DNA of 31,661 nucleotides, from positions 1 through 31,661 of the forward strand of contig DATFPO010000213.1 in assembly GCA_035264745.1 (NCBI GenBank), written 5' to 3'. The notes beneath the pieces were generated by a model. It was given only the letters and a program-made list of their open reading frames with translations. It made no database searches and had not been told where the DNA came from. The DNA comes from Solirubrobacteraceae bacterium (GTDB lineage Bacteria; Actinomycetota; Thermoleophilia; Solirubrobacterales; Solirubrobacteraceae). The position numbers and the translations under genes are program-made. Below are positions 1 to 10,974 of this stretch, in pieces (position 1 is the stretch's first letter; each line of letters begins with the position of its first letter).

Positions 1-29
1 CTGCCCGCCGATCCGGCTGAGCCCGGGGG

Positions 30-575
30 TCAGCCCGGCGCGAACTCCCCCGGGCTTCTGGTGGGCGGCGCGGGGCGGGGGCGCGGAGACGAGTGAGCGG
101 CGCCCGACCGCGTGGCCGCGGGAGGCGAGCGGCGGTGCCGGCTCGATCGCCGGGGGCGCGACCAGCCAACGCGGGTGCGGCGCGACGGACGGCGGGAGAC
201 GGCAGCGCGCCGGCCCGAGACGGTGCGCCGGCCGGCCCGGCGCGACGCGGTGGCGTGGCTGCCCGTCGCGCGCCGGGCGCGGGCGCGCCGGCGGCCCGCG
301 GAGCGCCTCGCCCGCTCCGGACGCGGCGACGGCGCCCGTGCCGCCGCCTCCGGCGCCGGGGACCCGGACGGAGAGGGGACGCCCGCGGCCCGCGGCGCCG
401 GGGCCGGCGGGTTGCCGGCGGCGGCGGGTGAGGGTGGGAGCCCCGGCTCGCGCCCGCCCAGGCGCGGCCAGACCACGACGAGGCCGCCCACGGCCAAGGC
501 GGCGAGCGTCCATCCGACGTTCGCCCACCGGATGCGATCGCGCAGCGGCTCGGGATCGTCGCGTTGCCCTCCCAC
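30..575 (-). CDS. Hypothetical membrane-anchored Pro/Arg-rich protein
   Basis: One hydrophobic segment (WANVGWTLAALAVGGLVVVWP) followed by a low-complexity P/R/A tail. Divergent from rpsF, with TACCGT (580-585, minus strand) just upstream of the GTG. No family recognised. Confidence 0.5.
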   Translation of the reverse strand: MGGQRDDPEPLRDRIRWANVGWTLAALAVGGLVVVWPRLGGREPGLPPSPAAAGNPPAPAPRAAGVPSPSGSPAPEAAARAPSPRPERARRSAGRRRARARRATGSHATASRRAGRRTVSGRRAAVSRRPSRRTRVGWSRPRRSSRHRRSPPAATRSGAAHSSPRPRPAPPTRSPGEFAPG

Positions 576-615
576 GCGGACGGTAGGCGGCCGGGCCGGC
601 GATTCGCCCCCCGGT

Positions 616-624
616 TGCTATGGT
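616..624 (+). promoter_or_regulatory. Putative extended -10 promoter of rpsF (TGcTATGGT)
   Basis: TGn-TAnnnT motif ending 33 nt before the rpsF ATG. Confidence 0.5.
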
Positions 625-657
625 CCTGCGCCGCCCGACCCCGCCGGCAACCTCGAC

Positions 658-1026
658 ATGAGCAGCCTCTATGACCTCATGCTCCTGCTGGACTCCGACG
701 CTCCCGGCGAGCGGCGGCAGGAGATCCTGCGCGACGTCGAGTCGGCCATCGGCTCGGGCGGGTCGCTCGAGTCCAAGCACGACTGGGGCGTCCGCCGCCT
801 GGCCTACGAGATCGATCACCGCAGCGAGGCCGAGTACCACCTCTTCCAGTTCCGCGGCTCCCCCGAGCTGCTCGACTCGCTCCGACGCACGCTCAGGCTG
901 ACCGACGGGATCGTCCGGTTCCGGCTGATCAGGGTGAGGCCGGGGACGCCGCCGCCTCCGGCCGCGCGATCGGAGGCCTCGGGAGAGCGCGCGGCGGAGG
1001 CCGCCGAGGCGCCGGCCGCCCGCTGA
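658..1026 (+). CDS. rpsF: 30S ribosomal protein S6
   Basis: YDLMLLL...WGVRRLAYEI...YHLFQF...LRLTDGIVRF S6 signature; canonical rpsF-ssb-rpsR-rplI order. Start set at ATG 658; the longer ORF from 112 is an open-frame extension. Confidence 0.97.
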   Translation: MSSLYDLMLLLDSDAPGERRQEILRDVESAIGSGGSLESKHDWGVRRLAYEIDHRSEAEYHLFQFRGSPELLDSLRRTLRLTDGIVRFRLIRVRPGTPPPPAARSEASGERAAEAAEAPAAR

Positions 1027-1032
1027 TCTCGG

Positions 1033-1049
1033 GGCGGGACTGACCCGCC
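1033..1049 (+). terminator. Short GC hairpin after rpsF, weak terminator candidate
   Basis: GGCGGG-actga-CCCGCC followed by gcttcact (poor U-tract). Confidence 0.25.
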
Positions 1050-1119
1050 GCTTCACTCGACTCAGCAACAGATCCTCGCAACATGCGGCAGCGCCGGTCG
1101 GCGCCGCCGCCGCCCCCCC

Positions 1120-1125
1120 TACACT
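1120..1125 (+). promoter_or_regulatory. Putative -10 (TACACT) for ssb
   Basis: TAnnnT hexamer in the rpsF-ssb spacer; AAAGGAG Shine-Dalgarno precedes the ssb GTG. Confidence 0.45.
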
Positions 1126-1201
1126 CGGGCGATCGCGCGCCCGGGCCGCCGCGGCCGGCCGGGCGCGGCACGAGTCTTCCGCCGTTTCGAAAGGAGCCGC
1201 C

Positions 1202-1654
1202 GTGGCAGCCACCAACATCAACCGCGTCGTCCTGACCGGCAACCTGACGCGAGACCCCGAGCTGCGCTCGCTGCCGAGCGGGACCGCGGTCTGCAGCCTG
1301 CGAATCGCCTGCAACACCCGCCGCAAGGGCCAGAGCGGCGAATGGGAGGACAAGCCGAATTACTTCGACGTGACCGTCTGGGGTGGTCAGGGCGAGAACT
1401 GCGCCCGCTACCTGTCGAAGGGGCGCCCGGTGGCGATCGACGGGCGCCTCGAGTGGCGCGAATGGGAGGCTCAGGACGGCGCCAAGCGGCAGGCGGTGGA
1501 GATCGTGGCCGACTCGGTCCAGTTCCTGGGCAGCCGCGACGACGGCGGGAGCGGGAACGGCTTCACCGCCCGCAGCGACGTCCCGGTCGACGAGCGCGAC
1601 TTCCAGCCCGCGTCTACCGGCGGCGGCACGGGCGACGACGACATCCCGTTCTGA
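1202..1654 (+). CDS. ssb: Single-stranded DNA-binding protein
   Basis: INRVVLTGNLTRDPELR, GRPVAIDGRL, acidic C-terminus DDDIPF. Confidence 0.98.
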   Translation: MAATNINRVVLTGNLTRDPELRSLPSGTAVCSLRIACNTRRKGQSGEWEDKPNYFDVTVWGGQGENCARYLSKGRPVAIDGRLEWREWEAQDGAKRQAVEIVADSVQFLGSRDDGGSGNGFTARSDVPVDERDFQPASTGGGTGDDDIPF

Positions 1655-1659
1655 GCGCG

Positions 1660-1686
1660 CCGCGGCCGCCTAGCGGGCGGCCGCGG
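1660..1686. repeat. Perfect 11-bp inverted repeat after ssb
   Basis: CCGCGGCCGCC-tagcg-GGCGGCCGCGG. Confidence 0.6.
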
Positions 1687-1712
1687 GCCCAAGCCGGTCC
1701 CACCGGCCTCGC

Positions 1713-1718
1713 TAGACT
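1713..1718 (+). promoter_or_regulatory. Putative -10 (TAGACT) for rpsR-rplI
   Basis: TAnnnT hexamer downstream of the hairpin; GAGGA Shine-Dalgarno at 1762-1766. Confidence 0.45.
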
Positions 1719-1774
1719 CTCGCGCTCGGCGGCCGGCGCCCATCGCCGGCCTTCAGCAGACGAGGATTCTCAGC

Positions 1775-2053
1775 GTGGCCAAGCAACGCAATCGGCGGGT
1801 GACCCGCAGGCGCGACCGCAAGGGCGGCGTCGGCTCGGGGCGGCGCAAGCCCTGCCCGTACTGCCGCGACAAGGTGGAGCAGGTCGACTACAAGGACGTC
1901 GGCTCGCTGCGACGGTTCGTCTCGGACAAGGGCAAGATCCGCTCACGCCGCATCACCGGCGCCTGCCGCCGCCACCAGAGCCAGATCGCCCGCGCGGTCA
2001 AGCGGGCGCGGGAGCTCTCGCTCCTGCACTACGTCGGCGACGAACGCCGCTAG
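1775..2053 (+). CDS. rpsR: 30S ribosomal protein S18, Zn-binding (C+) form
   Basis: CPYC...DYKD...GKIRSRRITGACRRHQ...AVKRAR; retains the Cys/Cys/Cys/His Zn ligands. Confidence 0.98.
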   Translation: MAKQRNRRVTRRRDRKGGVGSGRRKPCPYCRDKVEQVDYKDVGSLRRFVSDKGKIRSRRITGACRRHQSQIARAVKRARELSLLHYVGDERR

Positions 2054-2059
2054 ACCGCC

Positions 2060-2509
2060 GTGCCGCAGGCGATCCTCCTCCAGGACGTGGAGCCGCTGGG
2101 CGAGCGGGGTTCGGTGGTCGACGTCTCCCCCGGGTACCTGCGCAACTACCTGGTGCCGCGCAAGCTGGCCCACCCGGCCACCAGAGCCGCGCTGGAGGCG
2201 GCCCGTGCCCGCCACGAGGCCCAGGAGCGAGCCCGCCACGAGGCCCAGGAGCGGGCCCGCGAGAACGCCGCCCTCCTGACCAAGACGGTGCTCACGATCC
2301 CCGCCCAGGCGGGCGAGGACGGCCGCCTGTTCGGCTCGGTCACGGCTCAGGACGTGGCCGACGCGATCCGCGAGGCACGCGGCCTGCGGGTGGACCGGCG
2401 TCGTGTCCACCTCGAGGATCCCATCCGTCATGTCGGGACCCACATGGTCGCCGTCGACGTCGCCGACGGGGTGACCGCTTCGGTCAAGACTATGGTCGTC
2501 GCCCGCTGA
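2060..2509 (+). CDS. rplI: 50S ribosomal protein L9
   Basis: ILLQDVEPLGERG...V.PGYLRNYLVP, GRLFGSVT; 149 aa; position after rpsR. Confidence 0.97.
   Translation: MPQAILLQDVEPLGERGSVVDVSPGYLRNYLVPRKLAHPATRAALEAARARHEAQERARHEAQERARENAALLTKTVLTIPAQAGEDGRLFGSVTAQDVADAIREARGLRVDRRRVHLEDPIRHVGTHMVAVDVADGVTASVKTMVVAR
2207..2260 (+). repeat. 24-nt in-frame tandem repeat in rplI (ARHEAQER x2 + AR)
   Basis: gcccgccacgaggcccaggagcg(a/g) at 2207 and 2231, partial copy at 2255. Confidence 0.9.
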
Positions 2510-2539
2510 GGGCCCGGCTCCCGTCACTGCGCCGCCCGC

Positions 2540-2563
2540 GCCGGTCTCCGCAAAAAGATCGGC
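2540..2563 (+). terminator. Hairpin downstream of rplI
   Basis: GCCGGTCT-ccgcaaaa-AGATCGGC (8 bp with one G-U); no U-tract. Confidence 0.3.
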
Positions 2564-2604
2564 AACTAGCGGGAAGGCCGCGCCCGGGCCGCCGGAGCCG
2601 GATC

Positions 2605-2610
2605 TAAAGT
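2605..2610 (+). promoter_or_regulatory. Putative -10 (TAAAGT) upstream of dnaB
   Basis: TAnnnT hexamer exactly 7 nt before an ATG at 2618. Confidence 0.45.
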
Positions 2611-2617
2611 CGCGCCG

Positions 2618-2651
2618 ATGCCCGGCGCCGTCCCGACCCTCGCTCGCCTCC

Positions 2652-2665
<14 letters not shown>
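2618..2665 (+). CDS. Candidate leaderless uORF (MPGAVPTLARLRGHR) overlapping the dnaB start
   Basis: ATG 7 nt after TAAAGT; TGA at 2663-2665; overlaps the dnaB GTG by 14 nt in a different frame. Confidence 0.3.
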
Positions 2666-6084
<3,419 letters not shown>

Positions 6085-6124
6085 GCCGGAGGTCGCGGCC
6101 GGCTGCGCCGGTCCCCGCCGGGGA

Positions 6125-6838
6125 TCAGCCCGTGGCCGGCGCGCTTGACCCGCCCGCCGGGAGAACGTGCGCCTCGCCCCGGCGCAGGGTGCGGCGGACG
6201 ACCGCCATGGCCCCCAGCAGGCTTATCGCCGCCAACGTGATCTGAACCGAGAGGATCCCCTCCTCGCTCCAGTACACGTCCTCGAGCTGGAGCAGCAGCG
6301 CCGACTCGTCCAGCGTCAGCGCCCCGCCGACCCCGAACGCGATCGCCAGCCAGCGCTCGAGGGCCTCGTTCTCGGTCACCAGGGCGGCGCCGCCGGCCAG
6401 GAGGGCAATGGCGATCCCCGGCACGAAGTGATGGATGTGCCGCGGTCCGACGACCAGTTCGCGGAACGGTCCGAACTCGCCGCGCGAGCGGATCAGCCAG
6501 GTGCTGGTGCGCACCGCCCCGAACGTGACGACGAACGACCCCAGCAGGTTGAGCAGGACGTTCTCACGCATGCTGGCGGTCCGGTATCCCTCGACCGCCA
6601 CCTCGACCGACTGGCGCGCCGCCTCGCCGGCCGCGGCCAGGACGTCGTCCGCCTCGGCCGGAAGCGGGGCGGAGCCCCGGCGCCAGACGCGGCCCAGCTC
6701 CCCCGCCATCGCGGCCGCCGTGGTGGTCAGCGCGAGCACCCCGATCGCTGCCGTCGTGCGGTCCAGGCGACGGCGCGCCCGGCGCCGGCGCGGCGACAGC
6801 CGCGAGACGCGCCGGCCACTCGCCCGGCCGAGGGTCAC
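6125..6838 (-). CDS. Integral membrane protein of unknown function (HIHH / LDE / DVYW motifs)
   Basis: About five hydrophobic segments; RHIHHFVPG and LTLDESALLLQLEDVYWS. GTG start overlaps the upstream stop (GTGA). Confidence 0.75.
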   Translation of the reverse strand: MTLGRASGRRVSRLSPRRRRARRRLDRTTAAIGVLALTTTAAAMAGELGRVWRRGSAPLPAEADDVLAAAGEAARQSVEVAVEGYRTASMRENVLLNLLGSFVVTFGAVRTSTWLIRSRGEFGPFRELVVGPRHIHHFVPGIAIALLAGGAALVTENEALERWLAIAFGVGGALTLDESALLLQLEDVYWSEEGILSVQITLAAISLLGAMAVVRRTLRRGEAHVLPAGGSSAPATG

Positions 6839-7521
6839 GCCGGCTCCTCCGAGAGGCGAGCCGGTACCCCCCGCGCCCGCGCCCGGGCGGGGACGTCGCG
6901 AATCACCACGGAGTCGGCCTCCACCACGGCGTCGGGCCCGACCTCGATGCCCGGGACCAGCACGGCCCGGTCGCCCACCCGGCACCCCCGCCGCAGGGTC
7001 ACGCCGCTCGGGCGCTCGCCGGGCGGGTGGCGGCCCATCGTGTGGTCGTTGGCGGTGACCACGGCCTCGCCCACCGACACCCCGTCCTCGACGCGCGAAC
7101 CGCCGGTCAGGTAGGAGCCCGAGCCGATCACCGCGCCGGCGCCGACCGGGACGTCGTTGTCGACCGCGGCGCCCGTGCCGATCCGGGCGTCGGGGCCGAT
7201 CCGGGCGCGCTCGCGCACGTGGGCTTCCTCGCCGACCGTGGCCCGCGCGCCCAGCCGCGCCCCGGCCAGCACGACCGCGCCGGCCCCCACCGCGACGCCG
7301 TCGCCGACCTGCAACGGCGCGGGTGCCTGTCGCGGCGCGCGCGAGCGGGGCGACAGGCGCGGCGGCCTGCCCAGGACCGCGCCGGCCCCCACCGTCACCC
7401 CGTCCCCGATCACCGTGGCGTCGTGCACCACCGCCCCGGCGCCCAGCCGGACGTCCTTCCCGAGCCGCGCATCGGGCGCCACCGCCGGGGCGGCCTCCCG
7501 GTGGTCAGCGGGCTGCGGCAC
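6835..7521 (-). CDS. Hexapeptide-repeat (left-handed beta-helix) acetyltransferase, WbpD-like
   Basis: Repeated [VI]G..A.[VI] hexapeptides, VVTAND motif, C-terminal RDVP...GVPAR; start inferred at GTG 7521. Confidence 0.8.
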   Translation of the reverse strand: MPQPADHREAAPAVAPDARLGKDVRLGAGAVVHDATVIGDGVTVGAGAVLGRPPRLSPRSRAPRQAPAPLQVGDGVAVGAGAVVLAGARLGARATVGEEAHVRERARIGPDARIGTGAAVDNDVPVGAGAVIGSGSYLTGGSRVEDGVSVGEAVVTANDHTMGRHPPGERPSGVTLRRGCRVGDRAVLVPGIEVGPDAVVEADSVVIRDVPARARARGVPARLSEEPA

Positions 7522-8521
7522 CCGCCTCCCGGCCCGAGGCGTCGAGTGAGCGCTGGAGCGCCTCCAGGACGCGAACCACCCGCAGGCCGCTGTGGCCATC
7601 GCTGTCGGGCGTGCGCCGGTCTCGCACGCAATCGACGAAGTGCTGGCACTCCACCTGCAGGGGCTCGATGTTCGCGATGCGCGGGCTCCAGACGTCGCCC
7701 GAGCGGGTGATGTACTCGCCGTAGCCGGTGGTGCTCTCGTCGAACCCCTTGTCGTAAACCGTGACCTTGCGCTCGAGCTCCATGTCGTCGAAGGTCGCCA
7801 TCTGGCGCGAGCCCACCACCGTGAAGCGGCGCTCCTTGTGCGGGTCCAGCCAGGAGAGATGGAGGTGGGCGGACAGGCCGGAGGGGAAGCGCAGGAAGCA
7901 GAAGACCACATCCTCGACTCCGGGGCGCATGTAGCTCTCGCCCCTGGCCTCGACCTCGTGGGGCTCCTCTCCGGCGAGATGCAGGACCACCGAGACGTCG
8001 TGCGCCCCCAGGCTCCACAGCGCGTTCTCGTCGGCGCGCAGCTTGCCCAGGTTCAGGCGGTTGGAGTAGATGTAGTGGACCTCTCCCAGGCGCCCGGAGT
8101 CGGCGATCTCCTTGAGCTTTTGCACTCCGGGGTGGTACTCGAGCAGGTGCCCGGCCATCAGCACCCGGCCGAACTCCTCGGAGGCCTCCACCAGCCGCTC
8201 GGCGTCGGCCGCCGACTGGGCCAGCGGCTTCTCGACCAGGCAGTGCTTGCCCGCCTCCAGCACCCGCAGGGCCAGCGGCGCGTGGGTGGCGACCGGCGTG
8301 GCGAGCGCCACGGCGTCGAGTCCCGGGTCGGCCAGCAGCTCGTCGAGGTCGGCGGTGAACCGCGTGTCCGGCCAGCTGCCGGCCAGCCGCTCGCGGGCGG
8401 CCGGGGAGCTGTCGCAGCACCAGCTCAGCCGGCAGTCCGGCAGGCGGGCGAAGTTGCGGGCCAGGTTGGGGCCCCAGTAGCCGAGGCCGACGACGCCCAC
8501 CGTGACGCCGCGCTCGCTCAC
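7505..8521 (-). CDS. Gfo/Idh/MocA NAD-dependent oxidoreductase, WbpB-like
   Basis: VGVVGLGYWG, LVEKPLA, MAGHLLEYHPG, SLGAHDVS; GTGA overlap with the upstream gene. Confidence 0.9.
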   Translation of the reverse strand: MSERGVTVGVVGLGYWGPNLARNFARLPDCRLSWCCDSSPAARERLAGSWPDTRFTADLDELLADPGLDAVALATPVATHAPLALRVLEAGKHCLVEKPLAQSAADAERLVEASEEFGRVLMAGHLLEYHPGVQKLKEIADSGRLGEVHYIYSNRLNLGKLRADENALWSLGAHDVSVVLHLAGEEPHEVEARGESYMRPGVEDVVFCFLRFPSGLSAHLHLSWLDPHKERRFTVVGSRQMATFDDMELERKVTVYDKGFDESTTGYGEYITRSGDVWSPRIANIEPLQVECQHFVDCVRDRRTPDSDGHSGLRVVRVLEALQRSLDASGREAGAAAR

Positions 8522-9768
8522 AGCCGCTGCACCCGCCCGTCGTCCGACCCGCGGGTGACGCCGCGCAGGTCGAGCACGATCGGCGCCTCTCGGACCACCC
8601 GGTCGTGGTCGACCTCGGGATGGGCGGTGACGATCACCGCCAGATCGGCGCCCTGGAGGGCGTCGCCCAGGTCGGGCTCGCCGCTCAGCCCCAGCTCGGG
8701 CAGCTCGGGGACGTGCGGGTCGTGGTAGGCGACGTCCGCCCCGCGGCCGCGCAGCAGCCGGATCAGCTTGAGCCCCGGCGACTCGCGGGTGTCGGCCACG
8801 CCCGCCTTGTAGGCGACTCCGAGCACCAGGATGCGCGCGTCGCGCGTCGCCTTGCCGACCTGGTTGAGCATCTCGACCACGCGGGTGGCGCAGTAGTAGG
8901 GCTGGCTCTGGTTGATCTTCCCGGCCAGCTCGATGAACTCGGGCACGAAGTCGAACTCGCGGGCCTTCCACGACAGGTAGAACGGGTCGACGGGAAGGCA
9001 GTGACCACCCATGCCGGGGCCCGGGTCGAAGCGCATGAACCCGAAGGGCTTGGTCGACGCGGCGTCGACCACCTCCCACACGTCGATGTCCATCCGGTGG
9101 CAGAGCGCGGCGAGCTCGTTGACCAAGGCGATGTTCACCGAGCGGAAGATGTTCTCCAGCAGCTTGGACAGCTCGGCGACCTCGGGCGACCCCACGCGCA
9201 CCACCTCGTCGCAGATCGTCCCGTACAGGCGCTCGGCCCGCTCGCCGCAGCTCGGCGTCAGGCCACCGACGACCTTGGGAGTGTTGCGGATGGTGTGGTC
9301 GGCGCGCCCGGGATCCACGCGCTCGGGGGAGAAGGCGACCCCGAAGTCCTCGCCGGCGCGCAGTCCGGAGCGCTCGAGGATGGGCACCAGCGTCTCGCGC
9401 GTGGTGCGCGGGTACGTGGTGGACTCGAGGACCACCAGCTGGTTGCGCCGCAGCACCGCGGCCAGCGACTCCGCGGCGGCCAGCAGCGGTCCCAGCTCCG
9501 GCTCGCGGTTGACGCTCAGCGGGGTGGGAACGCAGATCAGCACGGCGTCGGCCTCGGCCAGGGCCGCGTAGTCGGTGGTGAAGCGGAGCCGTTCGGCGGC
9601 CGCCTCGAGGCGCTGGGAGGGCACGTCGTCGATGTGCGAGCGCCGCTCGGCCAGCGCGGCGACCAGCGCCTCGTCGTTGTCCACGCCCACCACCCGCGTG
9701 CCGGCCTGCGCGAACTCGATCGCCAACGGCAGGCCGACGTACCCGAGACCGACGATCCCGACCGTCAT
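8518..9768 (-). CDS. UDP-N-acetylhexosamine 6-dehydrogenase (WbpA/WecC/WbpO family)
   Basis: GLGYVGLP, ICVPTP, LESTTYP, FSPERVDPG, KLLENIFRSVNIALVNE, PGPGMGGHCLPVDP, LGVAYK...DTRESP. Confidence 0.95.
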   Translation of the reverse strand: MTVGIVGLGYVGLPLAIEFAQAGTRVVGVDNDEALVAALAERRSHIDDVPSQRLEAAAERLRFTTDYAALAEADAVLICVPTPLSVNREPELGPLLAAAESLAAVLRRNQLVVLESTTYPRTTRETLVPILERSGLRAGEDFGVAFSPERVDPGRADHTIRNTPKVVGGLTPSCGERAERLYGTICDEVVRVGSPEVAELSKLLENIFRSVNIALVNELAALCHRMDIDVWEVVDAASTKPFGFMRFDPGPGMGGHCLPVDPFYLSWKAREFDFVPEFIELAGKINQSQPYYCATRVVEMLNQVGKATRDARILVLGVAYKAGVADTRESPGLKLIRLLRGRGADVAYHDPHVPELPELGLSGEPDLGDALQGADLAVIVTAHPEVDHDRVVREAPIVLDLRGVTRGSDDGRVQRL

Positions 9769-10844
9769 CCGGCCGCCAGTCTAAGCGTCGGCAGGGCGGC
9801 CACCACGCGCTCGCCCGCCCGTCCGTCGCCGTACAGCAGGGGGCGTCCGTTTGGCGCAGGGCGCCCCAGCGCGGCCAGCGCCGCCTCCCGGTCGAGGTCC
9901 ACGAGCACGTTCCACCCCGTGGCGATGGTCTCGGTCCATTCCGTGCGGTCGCGCAGGGTCAGGCAGCGAACGCCGGCGAGATAGGCCTCCTTCTGCACCC
10001 CGCCGGAATCGGTGAGCACGGCGTAGGCGTGGCACAGCAGCGCGGTGAAGTCGAGGTAGCCCAGGGGCGGGGCCACGCGCAGGGCGTCTCGCTCCAGCAG
10101 CCGCCCAAGCAGGCCAGCGGCCTCGAGGCGCGCCCGGGTGCGGGGGTGAAGCGGCAGGACGGCGGGCAGCGGCAGGCCGGCCACCAGATCCACCAGGGCA
10201 TGCAGCCGCTCGGGGTCGTCCACGTTGCCGGCGCGGTGGGCGGTGACCAGCGCGTAGTCGCCGCTGTGCACCGAGAAGCGCTCGAGCGCCTCGGTGCGCT
10301 CACGTGCGCGTGGCTGGATTAGCTTGGCCACATCAACCATCACGTCGCCGACCAGCTCGACGCGCCCCGCCACTCCCTCGCGGCGGAGGTTCTCGACCGC
10401 CGGTTCGGAGGAGCACAGCAGCAGGGCGCTGAGGTGATCCACCAGCACGCGGTTGAGCTCCTCGGGCATCGCGTGGTCGAACGACCGCATCCCGGCCTCC
10501 ACATGAGCCACCGGCACTCCGGACTGCGCGGCCACGATCCCGCCGGCCAGCGTCGAGTTGGTGTCGCCGTAGACCAGTACCGCGTCGGGTCGCACCTCGG
10601 AGACCACCGGCTCGAGCCGGGCCAGCATGCGCGACGTCTGGGAGGCGTTGGAGCCCGAGTGGACCCCGAGCTCGCGCTCGGGCGGCGGGACGTCCAGCTC
10701 CTCCACGAACACCCGTGAGAGCTCGTCGTCGTGGTGCTGGCCGGTATGGACCAGCACCTCGTCGTGCTCACGGCGCAGCGGTCGCGAGACCGCCGCGGCC
10801 TTCACGAACTGCGGGCGGTTTCCGATGATGCTTAGTACGCGCAC
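9765..10844 (-). CDS. wecB: Non-hydrolysing UDP-N-acetylglucosamine 2-epimerase (WecB/WbpI family)
   Basis: IIGNRPQFVK, VHTGQH, VYGDTNSTLAG, HVEAGMRS, MPEELNR, LTDSGGVQKEAY, LRDRTEW; GTG start at 10844. Confidence 0.95.
   Translation of the reverse strand: MRVLSIIGNRPQFVKAAAVSRPLRREHDEVLVHTGQHHDDELSRVFVEELDVPPPERELGVHSGSNASQTSRMLARLEPVVSEVRPDAVLVYGDTNSTLAGGIVAAQSGVPVAHVEAGMRSFDHAMPEELNRVLVDHLSALLLCSSEPAVENLRREGVAGRVELVGDVMVDVAKLIQPRARERTEALERFSVHSGDYALVTAHRAGNVDDPERLHALVDLVAGLPLPAVLPLHPRTRARLEAAGLLGRLLERDALRVAPPLGYLDFTALLCHAYAVLTDSGGVQKEAYLAGVRCLTLRDRTEWTETIATGWNVLVDLDREAALAALGRPAPNGRPLLYGDGRAGERVVAALPTLRLAAG
9778..9783 (-). promoter_or_regulatory. Putative internal -10 (TAGACT) for the sugar dehydrogenase
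   Basis: Lies in the last codons of the epimerase, 9 nt before ATG 9768. Confidence 0.4.
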
Positions 10845-10934
10845 AGCGGGGAAAAATCGGCCTTGACGTGGGACTTCTGGTGTCGAACGTACGCAGCACC
10901 GTAGCGGCCGCGGTGGGCGCCTCCCGTCATCTGC

Positions 10935-10955
10935 TCTGGTACTTCCGGTACCAGA
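10935..10955. promoter_or_regulatory. Perfect 8-bp dyad in the leader of the sugar cluster
   Basis: TCTGGTAC-ttccg-GTACCAGA. Confidence 0.4.
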
Positions 10956-10974
10956 TCGACGGCGACGAGGTCCG

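Noticed and set aside
112-657. Long N-terminal extensions in the ORF track (rpsF from 112, purA from 4282, epimerase to 11147, oxidoreductase to 9079, GT87 to 29925)
   Set aside because: Open frames from high GC; they overlap other real genes, and recognisable homology starts at the shorter starts used.
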